Of a DNA stretch of 64,000 bases, positions 1 through 12,947 are shown piece by piece. The number at the start of each line of letters is the position of its first letter. The first letter of the stretch is position 1. Location: contig NC_068981.1 of the NCBI RefSeq assembly GCF_001194135.2, positions 82,572,443-82,636,442 of the forward strand, given 5' to 3'. The translations under genes were made by a program, and so were the position numbers. The notes below the pieces were generated by a model. It was not told where the DNA came from. It ran no database searches and was given only the letters and a program-made list of their open reading frames with translations. The DNA is from Octopus bimaculoides. Lineage: Eukaryota.

Positions 1-61
<61 letters not shown>

Positions 62-799
62 ATATATATATATATATATATATACGCACATATGCATGCA
101 CACAAACACACACACATATATATATATAAACACAAATTTATTAAAAAAAATATTACCTCACTGATAAGTATGAACATAAACAGATAAAAAAGAATGAAAA
201 CATTTGTTTTAAACTAAATCGTTAGCTTATCTGGTTTGAGCTTGCAAATCATAAATGTCAATTGATGACTGCTATTTCTTTTCGAAATATCAAAATATAC
301 GTAATTATTTTTTTTATTTTTCTCATCATTTTTACATTCCTGCAGTAAATTTCGTTTTTTGGTTTTAAGGTAATTTTTTTCTTTTCTTCATCCCCATCAA
401 TCTCGGAGAAAATAACCAATGATATATTTTATTTAGGTATTTTTTACAAATTTTTTTAATGTTCTTCGTATTTTTTTAATATGATTCTTGATGTATTTTC
501 AGCTGTGACAAAGTTTCATTTCTTTCCTTTTACTTTCAATAAAAAAAAGAAATACTCCAATTATGAAAACTATCAATGAATATTTCTATTTCGAATGTAT
601 ATGTGTACATTTATCTGTGTACATTCGCCTGGAATGTTATACATTTTGATATATATTGTATCATCCTTTTTGTTTATTGTCTTAGGTAAATAGAAATATT
701 TTGGAACCAATTAGGCATTCGTTTTAATCTTAAACCAGTGGAAGATAGATGACAGGAATATATATGGAACATATATGTGTGTGTGTGTGTGTGTATGTG

Positions 800-837
<38 letters not shown>

Positions 838-1393
838 TGTGTGTTTATTTGTGTGTGTGTGTTTATTTAATAATACTTAAGACTAGTAATATCCAATCTG
901 AAAATGAATGGGAAGTATGTATCTAACTGTACTTTATATATTCAATTAGTTTGAAACAAGAATGAATGGACTCAAAACCATAATGATGAAATAAAAGCAC
1001 TGAAATTTATATGAATTCAGATGCGTAATTTGAGGCACGTGTATATCTTTTATTGATATATATCACTATTAATTTTTATATTTATATCTTAACCAGTCGA
1101 GCAATTTAGAATATTTTCAACATCCTAAATAAGGACACAATTCAGATGTGCATATATAATACTTTCCTCATATTTCTTTCTTTTGTCTCTTTTGATTAAT
1201 ATATATATATATGTGTTTAATATATTTTAATATATATATATGTGTTCCATATATAGTTTCAATGTTTAACGTAGCATTCAATTTTATCTGTAAAATTCGA
1301 ACTTTTACTAATTAACGTATGCATCAAGCAAATATAAACAGCTGTATAGGGCTGAGAGGCATCGTGTCCACGCAATAAATAAATAAATAAATA

Positions 1394-1440
<47 letters not shown>

Positions 1441-3288
1441 TAGCTATCGTTGCTCACATAGCTGAGGTTAAAGTTCATAGTGCTAGAGTAAACGCTAGAT
1501 ATGTTGACGTTGGTAGATCGTCAGAAGAGTTCCAGAGGGGCTTTTCAGTATTCTTGATACATACATACATGCACGCATGCATGCATGCATCCATCCATCC
1601 AACCATCCATTCTTCCATCCATCCATCCATCCATCCATCCATCCATCCATACATACATACATGCATACATGCATACATACATATTAATTTGGAATTAATA
1701 GTACCACATCGAGAAGATTACGAAACGGTTGTAATCACATGGAAATTCTAAGTTTGTATTCAAATCTACTGATTTTATGATTGTCACATTAAGTGACAAT
1801 CATATCCTGGATTTCCGTAATTTGAAATGGTGCGTAGTGTGAGTACTATTGATATTTTGAATTCAATCCTCTATGTTATGTGTGTGTGTGTGTGTGTGTG
1901 TATGTGTGTGTGTGTGCGTGCGTGTGCGCGCGTGTGTGTGTGTGCTTATACATATATATACATATGCATGTATGTGTGTGCAAATATGCGTGTATCAAAC
2001 AGTGAGTCTGACGATCGTAGAATTTCTTTATGGCAACACTGACATGGTTATGTATCTGAGAAACCATGATATACCTGTCTCTCCGTGAAGTATACTTGAG
2101 CCCTCTCTTATATGTTACGCAAGGACCATACCACCTCATTCTGGCATGATCAGAAAATACTTATCAATTGTAGATTTCTGACACTGCTTGTAGTTGTGAG
2201 CTGTTTGTACGGTGTCTGATTTCTGTACACTTGAATGGACATATTAATGATGTAAACAGTGTTAATTTTATCATATGAATTACCAGCCCCTATTCATTCA
2301 GCGATACGTACTCTCCTACACATAGTCATATATTTATATGAACTTGGAAACTTTCTATTTTGCATTTTACCATTGCAACATGAAGAAATGTATTAAATAT
2401 TTCATAAGTAAAGCTGAATCGAAAACCATGTCTTGAAGTCATTGTTGTGTATTGACTTTCGCAGGTATTCCATAAATCATCCATCCCGTCATCCCCATTA
2501 TTAATAAGTGACATTAAATGCTGAGTGCAAAAAATATTTAACTAATTAAAATTTACTTTTAGATTGAGAAAGAAAACAAACACCTGCCGGCAATTCTTAG
2601 CTACTCTCAAGTAAAAGGGTGATCACTTCAAGAAAATTAGAATTAATTTCTCAAAGTTAATTTATATGCTTCAGGAAACGAAAGTGTGATCTTTGGTTAG
2701 ATTAAATGATGTATACTTAATATCTGCATACATACATACATACATACATACATAAATACATACATGCATACATACAGACATACATCCATTCAAACATAAA
2801 CACACACACACACATATATATGTATATATGTGTGTATGCGTGTATGTGTTTGCGCGCGTGTGTGTGTGTCTATTTATGTGTATATGTGTGTACGTATGTA
2901 TGTATGTATGTATGTATGTATGTATGCATGTATGTATGTATAAATGTATTTATCTATCTATCTTTTCTATCTATCTGTATGCATACATACATATACTTAC
3001 GCACATTCATATATATATATATANNNNNNNNNNNNNNNNNNNNNNNNNNNNNNNNNNNNNNNNNNNNNNNNNNNNNNNNNNNNNNNNNNNNNNNNNNNNN
3101 NNNNNNNNNNNNNNNNNNNNNNNNNNNNNNNNNNNNNNNNNNNNNNNNNNNNNNNNNNNNNNNNNNNNNNNNNNNNNNNNNNNNNNNNNNNNNNNNNNNN
3201 NNNNNNNNNNNNNNNNNNNNNNNNNNNNNNNNNNNNNNNNNNNNNNNNNNNNNNNNNNNNNNNNNNNNNNNNNNNNNNNNNNNNNNNN

Positions 3289-3322
<34 letters not shown>

Positions 3323-3691
3323 CGTATGTATAAACATATGCGAGTATGTGTGTGTATGTACAAATACAGATGGATACATACACAAGATATTTGTCTTAAC
3401 AGCGACTGATATATCTCCTTTATAGAATGTTTCACGCGCACCAAATCATGTCGCATCCTCACGATCTACGTGGTGAGTGAAGCACCACAATTATTCCAAC
3501 TAGAGATACCTGTCCTTCTATGAATCATAAAGGCCGTTCTTACGAGTTACTTCGCGTTAGTTGATAGATGTCTATATGTAGCTTTGTGCTTTTGTTATTC
3601 TCTCTGTATATACGCCATTTTGTGTATGCATTTGTTATGTAAGTGATATACTCGAATTTCCTTTACTGAAATCATTACGCGCACTGTTATT

Positions 3692-3726
<35 letters not shown>

Positions 3727-4645
3727 TCTATCTATTTTTTAAATTCATATTTTGGAATTTCGGTTCGGTTTTATACTCACGGTATGGAGTTCATTATTTT
3801 GTTTGGCTATCGTTTCGTTATCTGATTTGCAACTTCACTAATTTTTCGACTTCACTATCTGGTTTGGATTTTGTATTTTTTTAATTTATAGATGTTGGAT
3901 CAATCTCATGGTATTGCACTTCATTGGCAATTTCACTTGTCCTTATCACTTGAAGACTGAGTTGCAATATTTTATTTTCCTCTCTCATGTTTGCTTCTTT
4001 CTTTTTTTAAATTTGTTTATCATTTTTCATCGGTCGCTTCGGTAGTTGTTATGTATTTAAATGTAAAATTATTTCCTTATTCTCTAGTGCTACAGTTGGT
4101 ATTTTTCTTTGGCATAATCCCTTGTCTAAGTCAGTTGTTATCTTTTTCTTCCTGTTGAGTACATCATCCTATCCTGCGTCTTTAGAAATGTTTTGTCAAC
4201 TTCCTAAATTGATATTTTTCATGTGGGATATGAAAAGTTGTTGGGATATTTGTAACGTATGAAGGTGTAAGTTTTATTCTGATATCATTAAATCGCATGT
4301 AAATGCGCAAGAACTATTAGAATAACATATATGAATATATGTAAGCTAAAACTTAGCAACAATAAACTAGGAATGATTCAACTTCCAATGAATGCAGATA
4401 CTCTTCTCCAAAGATTCACTACATTTTCTCTCACTTGTATGCTTGTTTGTATCACTGCGAATGCTACGCATGTATATATATATATGTGCGTGTGTGTCTG
4501 CGTGTGTGCACGTGAGTGTGTGTGCAAATATATGCATGTACGCATATATATGCGCGCGCGCGTGTGTATTCCAGAATAATGGTATAATTGAACGTACATT
4601 GTACTATGCTATGTACAAGTTTGTTTACCTTACGTTTTTATGTGC

Positions 4646-4721
<76 letters not shown>

Positions 4722-6701
4722 ATGTGTATGTATGTATATGTATATACTCACCTATACGCACATGTAATATATACTTACATATACATCTATCTATATAATA
4801 TATGCTTCAATGTGCTTTTGTATCGAAAATAAATGAAATTCTTTTGAAATATCTCCAATTATAGCTTTAAGATAACACAGGAGATTTCCATTGCTCACAA
4901 TAATTTACTGTGCATCTATCTGTGTGGCGGTTTTGTTACATTTATATGTATATTACAATGTTTTTCTAGAACAGATCAACACGGGAAAACTTGACAATCT
5001 TATGTTGATTGCTTTAGTTCTATAATCTACAGCTTATAGGCGAAATTTTTCATGGCACAGCTATAATTCGTTATATTCGTTATTACATTTTTCTGTGTAT
5101 ATACGTATATGTGTATTTATTTATTTGCTTGTTTGTAAATAATATCCTTCCCATGTTTTGTCATTTTTTTTAATGTTGTTGTTGTGTTTGTTATAGTTCT
5201 TATTCAAAATGTGTCTTCAAAACATTTTTTCCCTTCTTCTCCCCAATAAACAGATGTGAGTGTCTATTAGCAGTGGTCTCGCGAGAAATATATTTTCTTG
5301 TAAACTTACATTTTAAACTTTTTTTTCACAGATGATATATATATATATATATATATANNNNNNNNNNNNNNNNNNNNNNNNNNNNNNNNNNNNNNNNNNN
5401 NNNNNNNNNNNNNNNNNNNNNNNNNNNNNNNNNNNNNNNNNNNNNNNNNNNNNNNNNNNNNNNNNNNNNNNNNNNNNNNNNNNNNNNNNNNNNNNNNNNN
5501 NNNNNNNNNNNNNNNNNNNNNNNNNNNNNNNNNNNNNNNNNNNNNNNNNNNNNNNNNNNNNNNNNNNNNNNNNNNNNNNNNNNNNNNNNNNNNNNNNNNN
5601 NNNNNNNNNNNNNNNNNNNNNNNNNNNNNNNNNNNNNNNNNNNNNNNNNNNNNNNNNNNNNNNNNNNNNNNNNNNNNNNNNNNNNNNNNNNNNNNNNNNN
5701 NNNNNNNNNNNNNNNNNNNNNNNNNNNNNNNNNNNNNNNNNNNNNNNNNNNNNNNNNNNNNNNNNNNNNNNNNNNNNNNNNNNNNNNNNNNNNNNNNNNN
5801 NNNNNNNNNNNNNNNATATATATATATATATATATATATATAATCAGAAATGAAAGAAAGTAAAAGCAAACACTAATAGAGAGGCAGGGAAAATAACATA
5901 TTGTGTCATAACGAGACTGAAAGTAGTGGGGTAAAAAAACAAAATACTACTACTAATAATAATAATGATAAAAGATACAAAGATAAAATATATATACAAT
6001 ACTGATTGATTATCGTCAGGTAAAAAAAAAGTAACATACAAAGGAATATGTGATGTTTGAATACCATGATACGGTAAAGTAATAAGGAACGATAAAAGAA
6101 CAGCTTCGGGTTACCATAACAATGTTTAAAAGTATGAGTCTTACAAGATCGGCATTGAGGTAAAAATAGCAGTTTGGAATTCTTAAACGATCAACAAAGT
6201 AATTTCAAGATGTTAATTAACTCTTACAAATCCTGAAGGTGGATATCGTATTTGTTTCATTTTGTTAGGTAAACGAAGAGACAGGGGAAGAATAAAGGAA
6301 TTAAAGAACAGGAACAAAGAATTAAAAAAAAAGATAATATATTAAATAGATAAGAAAAAGGCAAAAAAAAAAAAGGAAATTAAGAAGGCACAACAAAAAA
6401 GAAAGCAGGAGGTAAATGTAAAACAAAGCGATGAATTAAGACGGGAAGATGATATTCAAATACAAGCATGCGACAGGGTTAGACGAAGGAGGATAAATGA
6501 AAGTTAGTGAGACAAGTAAAATGACGAATGGACGGAAGAGAAGAAAAGAATTTCAGAAAGTAATAATAAGAAATAATTCAGGATGAAGGTAAACAGAAAG
6601 AAGGAATCATAGAAGATATATCGTAAAATTACACGCACACAAACGCGCGCGTGTGTGTATGTATTTATTTACATATGTGAGTTTTAATATATGCATGCCT
6701 G

Positions 6702-6760
<59 letters not shown>

Positions 6761-7446
6761 GCATATAAATATTGCGTATATACTATGGATATACATAGAC
6801 ATATATAGACGCGGGTGTGTTTCAGTGAGTGTGTACGCATGAGAGAGAGAGAGAGAGAGTCATAGACAGACAGAGCGACAGATAGACAAAGAATAAAACA
6901 AAGGCATAGTAAATGGTTTAAAGAAGTAAAGCAAGTCTCAGAAAGAGAAGGAAGAATCAAATAATTAAAAAGGAAATAGGAAAGGGCTTGGACATGAAAA
7001 AGAAAAGGACGCTGGGTGTTGTATATTTAAGAGGTATCTATCTTTCCAGAGCTAAATATAAAAAACTATATATATACAAAAATTTATAGAAAGAAATTAA
7101 AAAGAGGGCAGAATAACGAAAGAATGACTTTCTATTTCTATGGCTAATATCTTTACAAAATAAAAAAATAAAAATAAAGGTGGCAGACAACAATAAGATA
7201 AGTTGTCTCTTACACAGAAAGTTTAGATATTAAATAATTGGGAAAGTAATGTAGTTTGGCGAGTTTATTCATTGTTCTCTTAGTTTGTAAGCCAAGAGAA
7301 CAATGAAATAATTGCATGGGTAAAAAGATGGGAATTAAAAAGGAAGAAACAGAGATAAATAGAGAGTAAGAGAAAGGGAGAGAGAGAAAGTCAGAGAGAT
7401 AATAAGGAAAAGAGAAAGAAGAAAACAGAATTAGGAGAAATTTTAC

Positions 7447-7509
7447 CTGCAGAATCTAAAATATGTGGGTTATAATCATCGAATCGTGGCATGTGGTCTT
7501 CAATATAAT
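7447..7509 (-). CDS. Candidate internal coding exon (63 nt, phase 1-1) of an unidentified gene, peptide (N)YIEDHMPRFDDYNPHILDSA(G)
   Basis: On the minus strand: acceptor ctcccctgtcatag, donor cag|gtaaaa, length a multiple of 3, open phase-1 frame; joins in frame to 9249-9314. No homolog recognised. Confidence 0.38.
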
Positions 7510-7552
7510 CTATGACAGGGGAGTTTTGAATCTATCTTCAAGGGAGTTCTGA

Positions 7553-7555
7553 ATG

Positions 7556-7600
<45 letters not shown>

Positions 7601-7665
7601 GTATGTCTGCCTGTCTGCCTGCCTGTCTGTCTGCCTGTCTGTCTGTCTGTCTGTCTGCCTGTCTG
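7553..7665. repeat. Compound (TCTA)n/(TCTG)n microsatellite
   Basis: Direct reading. Confidence 0.9.
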
Positions 7666-7830
7666 TGCAATGTGTCTCATGATTATGGGGCACATTTACA
7701 ACGAGTGTGAAACAAGTCTGGGCGAATGTCCACGATCTTGTAAATGTGTCCCCAGTATTATGAGCAGCTCTCTCTCTCTCGTTATTTTTTTTCTCTCTTT
7801 CACTCTGTTTCTGTCTCTCTTGCTCGCTGT

Positions 7831-7881
7831 CTGTATAAACACATAACCTGTATAAACACATAACCTGTATAAACACATAAC
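7831..7881. repeat. 17-bp tandem repeat x3 (ctgtataaacacataac)
   Basis: Three identical copies at 7831, 7848 and 7865. Confidence 0.95.
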
Positions 7882-9248
7882 CCGACTTTATTTCTATGTA
7901 TATTTGCACTCAACCAAATATGTACCAACGTGCTAGGTTCATGTACTTGTGCCTATTACGTAGTTGTACTTCACTCCTTATCGTGCAGACGACCGAGAGT
8001 ACATAAATGTTTGGCCACTCGTTTGGGAGATATGCTACATCCTCGACTCAGCTGCTACGATTTTCTATGGCAAATCTTCATCGGGCAACCGGCGCTATAT
8101 CCACTACTATCCAACCTTATTATAACTAGGACTCCGTTATCAAATATATACTCAATAATTTTTAATCGACAGGGTAATATTCGATTTCACTTTAATCCAT
8201 CAATTTCCAATGAAAGCTTTCTTAAATTTTGCTGTTCGAAGCAAGCGAAAATCAATCAGTTCTGATAAAATATATATATATTTTTGCTCCAATCAGTGAC
8301 CAAACTGCTTTTTTTCCCTTTTCACACTGTTTGTGTATAGACTACTTTATCTTATATACGCCTAAATTTTTGCAGGTCAATAATGTTATTTAAGCGATAT
8401 TTAATCATATATCTAACATGGTGAGCTAAATCAATGCATCTCTCTTTGATTTGACTCCAACTCTTTGATTTTATCTGTATACTAAAATATGTATTACTGA
8501 AGAAAAATAAATAAATAATACATGCTAATAAATAACAGCTATACTTGTGGATACGTTTGTTTAACGAAGAAGTCTTCTTCATAACTAAGTGAAATCAGGT
8601 TCGCTTTCGCCAAAAGTGCTTTCTACGACAGCATGGAAGGTTAAAGAAGCATTTGATCGTAAGAAACTGAAATTATCGTTGTCAGAACGATCATTCCTGT
8701 TCATCAGTGGAAGACCTAATCCATGCTCTGGGTAAGATGTAAACGCCATCCTGTAATAAGACGTCAGCTAGAGAATACATGAGTTTTACAGAGGATGGTG
8801 TTATCTTAAAGTCAAGTCACCACTATTCCTAAGTCCGCTCTGGTCTGTGGTGGTCATATCTATTCTGAGAATACCTCTAGTTATGAATCTCATACCAAGA
8901 AATGCTCATAAAGTAAATGCATACACAACACGGAAGTGGATTAACTCTTACACACACGTCACACAAGCCCACTCCTTTGTAACCAAAACGCATGAATCAG
9001 TCTCCGGCCTTTGCTTAAGGGTAAGATATGATCCATGTCTCAAGAGGAAGATGGGGGAATTAGGAAACTAGCATTGTAAAGTGTAAATAACTCGGAAGAA
9101 GGCAACGAGGAACCGTTCTTGTTTCTTTCTCTGAAAAAAAATCATAAGTATTCAGACTCCGGTAGTGAAGCCTGTGATGGTCGTTGCCTGTACGCACGAG
9201 TCTATGACACGAGAGAATAAAATTATTGCTTCACTCATTTAAACTCAC

Positions 9249-9314
9249 TATATGACCTTTGGGTGCGTCTAATGGTGCCTACGCCATTTCGAGTTTTCAG
9301 ACCAGTTGTTAAAC
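9249..9314 (-). CDS. Candidate internal coding exon (66 nt, phase 1-1), peptide (x)LTTGLKTRNGVGTIRRTQRSY
   Basis: Acceptor ccatattttcag, donor ata|gtgagt; only the phase-1 frame is stop-free; splices in frame onto 7447-7509. Confidence 0.38.
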
Positions 9315-10132
9315 CTGAAAATATGGTTGCTGACCCACCTCATTAGAGCGAACTATCGAAATAATAATTATATGCATAAATGACTGAACTTAACTTAAAT
9401 ACAACAAAATCAATGATCTTCATACCACTAGTATCAATACACAATCTGTCCTTTAACCATATCTGAGAACATTTAAAGCCGATCACCGCTCTAGTATTCT
9501 CGACTTTTTCACTTCACCGATTCAAAAGGCCATTATATTCTGTTCATTCGAATATCATATGTTACCTACATTTATAACTGCTTATATATATTTTAATTCA
9601 TTTTCAAGAAATCATTTCATATGATACTAATGTATTTTCAAATAATTTCCAGCCGTGAGTTTTATTTATCATAGCAATAATGTAAACATAACTGAAGAAA
9701 GTGGTCTTTTCTCTCTCCCTTTTACTCTCTCCCACACTATCATTCTGAACTCGTTCGTTTCTGTTTCATCGAAATTGATTTTATTTTTGTCTGTTCTGAC
9801 TTTGTACTCAGTAATATGAGTAGTTTATTTGCCTTCCTATCTATATAGACAAATTCCATGCCAACAAGCTTTTGTAAACAAATGGTTACCAGAATAGTAT
9901 ATATATATATATATATNNNNNNNNNNNNNNNNNNNNNNNNNNNNNNNNNNNNNNNNNNNNNNNNNNNNNNNNNNNNNNNNNNNNNNNNNNNNNNNNNNNN
10001 NNNNNNNNNNNNNNNNNNNNNNNNNNNNNNNNNNNNNNNNNNNNNNNNNNNNNNNNNNNNNNNNNNNNNNNNNNNNNNNNNNNNNNACGTTTCACGGTGT
10101 CGTACCCAATTAAACTAAAATGCAGGTTTGTT

Positions 10133-10400
10133 TTTGCTCTTCTCTTCTGTTTTTTGTTCTGTGTGTGCCATAAATATCGCCATCCGTTAGAGAAAAAAAT
10201 TGTAGTTTGGAATCAGTAGTTCTTTGACTGCTATTTCTGAATTCTCAGTATGTTGGAGAAGCAGCTCCTGCTAATCCCTGTATATTTATGATTATAAATG
10301 GTTTTACCGATAAAGGTTTTTTCATACTGAACTACTCGGCAAAATTGTTAATTATTAATTTTATTACTAATTGACGATTCCCTGCCGTATATATCTATAT
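10133..10400. repeat. Interspersed repeat, copy 1 of an unclassified family (copy 2 at 60989-61290)
   Basis: About 200 bp (tgtagttt...gactgctatttc...ttgacgattccctgcc) align closely with 61088-61288 in the same orientation. Confidence 0.85.
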
Positions 10401-10533
10401 ATGGGCATGTATATATGCAATATAATGACGCACGTACATGAAATTATAATAAATATTAGACTTTATAAGAATATTAAGCCCTTTACAGAATTCACTGGTC
10501 TTACGCAATTTAAAGCACACATCCTCGAGCATA

Positions 10534-10610
<77 letters not shown>

Positions 10611-10790
10611 ATGCCCCGATGCAATACCAGGCAGTGGCTCTCATGGGTTTTGATCTTAACTGATTGGAAGTGTTCTCATGTACACTGCATTGTCTTGGTA
10701 TAAAAGATGGACTACTGCAAATATTCTGCTCAATACTACAGATTTGCTTGTCATTTGCTTGACCTTAGCTGAGTTTGTCCCTCAGTGTTA
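10611..10790. mobile_element. Fragment of a retroposon-like interspersed repeat abutting an (AAT)n array (10537-10610)
   Basis: atgccccgatgcaataccaggcagtggctctcatgg... resembles an abundant AAT-associated octopus repeat as I recall it; family and orientation unverified. Confidence 0.45.
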
Positions 10791-11457
10791 AAGTTGGTTG
10801 TGAAACATGACGATACCAGAAAGTAGCACTCAATAAAGAAAGACGCGAAAATATACCTTCGAGAAATATATATANNNNNNNNNNNNNNNNNNNNNNNNNN
10901 NNNNNNNNNNNNNNNNNNNNNNNNNNNNNNNNNNNNNNNNNNNNNNNNNNNNNNNNNNNNNNNNNNNNNNNNNNNNNNNNNNNNNNNNNNNNNNNNNNNN
11001 NNNNNNNNNNNNNNNNNNNNNNNNNNNNNNNNNNNNNNNNNNNNNNNNNNNNNNNNNNNNNNNNNNNNNNNNNNNNNNNNNNNNNNNNNNNNNNNNNNNN
11101 NNNNNNNNNNNNNNNNNNNNNNNNNNNNNNNNNNNNNNNNNNNNNNNNNNNNNNNNNNNNNNNNNNNNNNNNNNNNNNNNNNNNNNNNNNNNNNNNNNNN
11201 NNNNNNNNNNNNNNNNNNNNNNNNNNNNNNNNNNNNNNNNNNNNNNNNNNNNNNNNNNNNNNNNNNNNNNNNNNNNNNNNNNNNNNNNNNNNNNNNNNNN
11301 NNNNNNNNNNNNNNNNNNNNNNNNNNNNNNNNNNNNNNNNNNNNNNNNNNNNNNNNNNNNNNNNNNNNNNNNNNNNNNNNNNNNNNNNNNNNNNNNNNNN
11401 NNNNNNNNNNNNNNNNNNNNNNNNNNNNNNNNNNNNNNNNNNNNNNNNNNNNNNNNN

Positions 11458-11491
<34 letters not shown>

Positions 11492-12281
11492 TAGTAGAGT
11501 TAGCGGTTGGAGCTACCGTTTAAGGGACTAAGGGATAAGAATATCCGTTTTTTTACCCGTATAAATTACCAATGTTAACCCTGGGCATACGTATACAAGC
11601 ATATTATTCTCATAGGGTACGGAAATAGGGGTAAATTTTAATAAAGAAGTAAATGACAAGTAAAAGTAATGCATGTGGTGCATATGTTTATTAGTAATAG
11701 TCTTTTTATCTAAGTTATACGTGTAAATACCGCTATTAGTGGTGCTAGGACTCGGTTTGTGCTTATAATGTTTCGAGTTAGTGCTGTTGTCATCGTCATT
11801 AGTGAATTTATTGGCATCATCCATGTCTTGGTTAGTTCTTATCGTTTTATGATTAGTTGTATTTCGATTGTTATTGTTGTTGCTCTTCTTGGTGTTGCAA
11901 GTTCCATTCTTGTTAGTGTCGTGTACTATACGTTTCTGTGCTTTATTCCTTAATTTAGGTATATTATTATGTTCTGTATTATTGCTATTAATGTTATCAA
12001 TATTGTCCCCATTCATTGTATTCCTACACGGGATATATTTAATTTTACTTCTGTAACCTGCATGTTTAAGTGCCTTATCGTACTTATTTTTATGTTTATT
12101 AAATAAGTCCTTATCAGAAAAGACATCAGAAATTCTTTTACTAACGAAATTCTTTACTAAAGAAATTCTCTTACTAAGAGCTTTTTTATAGATTGTGGAT
12201 GATTACTTTCATAGTTTATATATTTTAAGTTAGAGTTAGGTTTCATGTAAGGTTGGTGTAATCCCGTATTTAAATTGCACT

Positions 12282-12947
12282 TGAGAACGGTCTAATTTTT
12301 ATCCCAGGCCATCAAATACAATAGGGAAGACCGCGCTACGAAGCTTTTGAACAAACTCAAGCATCCCCTCCAACAGAACATGCTTTGGTTTTTTCTCAGA
12401 CGACAAAAATTTCTGCCAGGATGAAATAGTGAACACACAGAACAACCGTTGGCTTGCTGTGTCCCCAATATATGTACAGAGTGTAATAAAAACCAAACAT
12501 CCAGTAAACATTATGGTGTTTGGAGTGATCACTAGTGATGGCGATGTTATACCTCCATTCATCTTCCGACACGGTCTCAGACTCAACACGGAGGTGGAGG
12601 TAGTGCTGCCCTGGGTGAAGACGGCGGCTGCTGGAAGACCCTATGTCTGGTAACTGGACTTTGACTCATGCCACACGAGCAGGAGAACCTAGTCATGGCT
12701 GTCAACCACATCAGCCCTAACATCTGGCCACCGTCCAGAATTGCAAGAGATTCCGAAGTAATCTGGAGGCTGTGGTTGAAGCCAATTGCGATTTTATTTA
12801 TTCAATAAAATTGTCATTAGCTTCAACCACTCTTTAGTATTTCAAGATATTTTTATATAAGTTTGGTAAATATATCTGTTAAAATGAGATCTATGTGTTA
12901 TTTTCATTTCTGCGTAATTTTGACGACAATTTTTTCACCGCACCCTG
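12282..12947 (+). mobile_element. Right (3') half of a decayed DD37D/maT-type Tc1-mariner transposon, ending in the right TIR plus TA
   Basis: Translates to FLSQAIK..KLLNKLKHPLQQNMLWF/FSDDKNFCQD..VNTQNNRWLA..HPVNIMVFGVITSDGDVIPPFIF..LPWV..GRPYVW*LD..CHTSRRT..NIWPP, with frameshift, stops and deletions; ends caccgcaccctg|TA. The third catalytic residue is deleted, so DD37D is assigned by similarity. Confidence 0.88.

Noticed and set aside
3426-3472. Plus-strand exon-like segments (also 17231-17257, 31545-31601, 32941-33013)
   Set aside because: Good-looking splice sites, but they do not chain into a coherent frame; this number is expected by chance in 64 kb.
7447-7509. Resemblance of YIEDHMPRF to the cadherin tail motif DYLxDWGPRF
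   Set aside because: The conserved W/G and the following KKLADMY are absent, so no gene name is assigned.
7831-7881. CRISPR-like array
   Set aside because: Repeats are contiguous with no spacers, and the context is eukaryotic.
8598-8731. Exon-like segment on the plus strand, with a 50-codon open frame on the minus strand
   Set aside because: Weak acceptor, no homology recognised, and the minus frame is phase-incompatible with the neighbouring candidate exons.
11528-12016. 162-aa Asn-rich ORF on the minus strand
   Set aside because: Degenerate AAC/AAT low-complexity DNA that lacks stops by composition; no recognisable motif or splice context.
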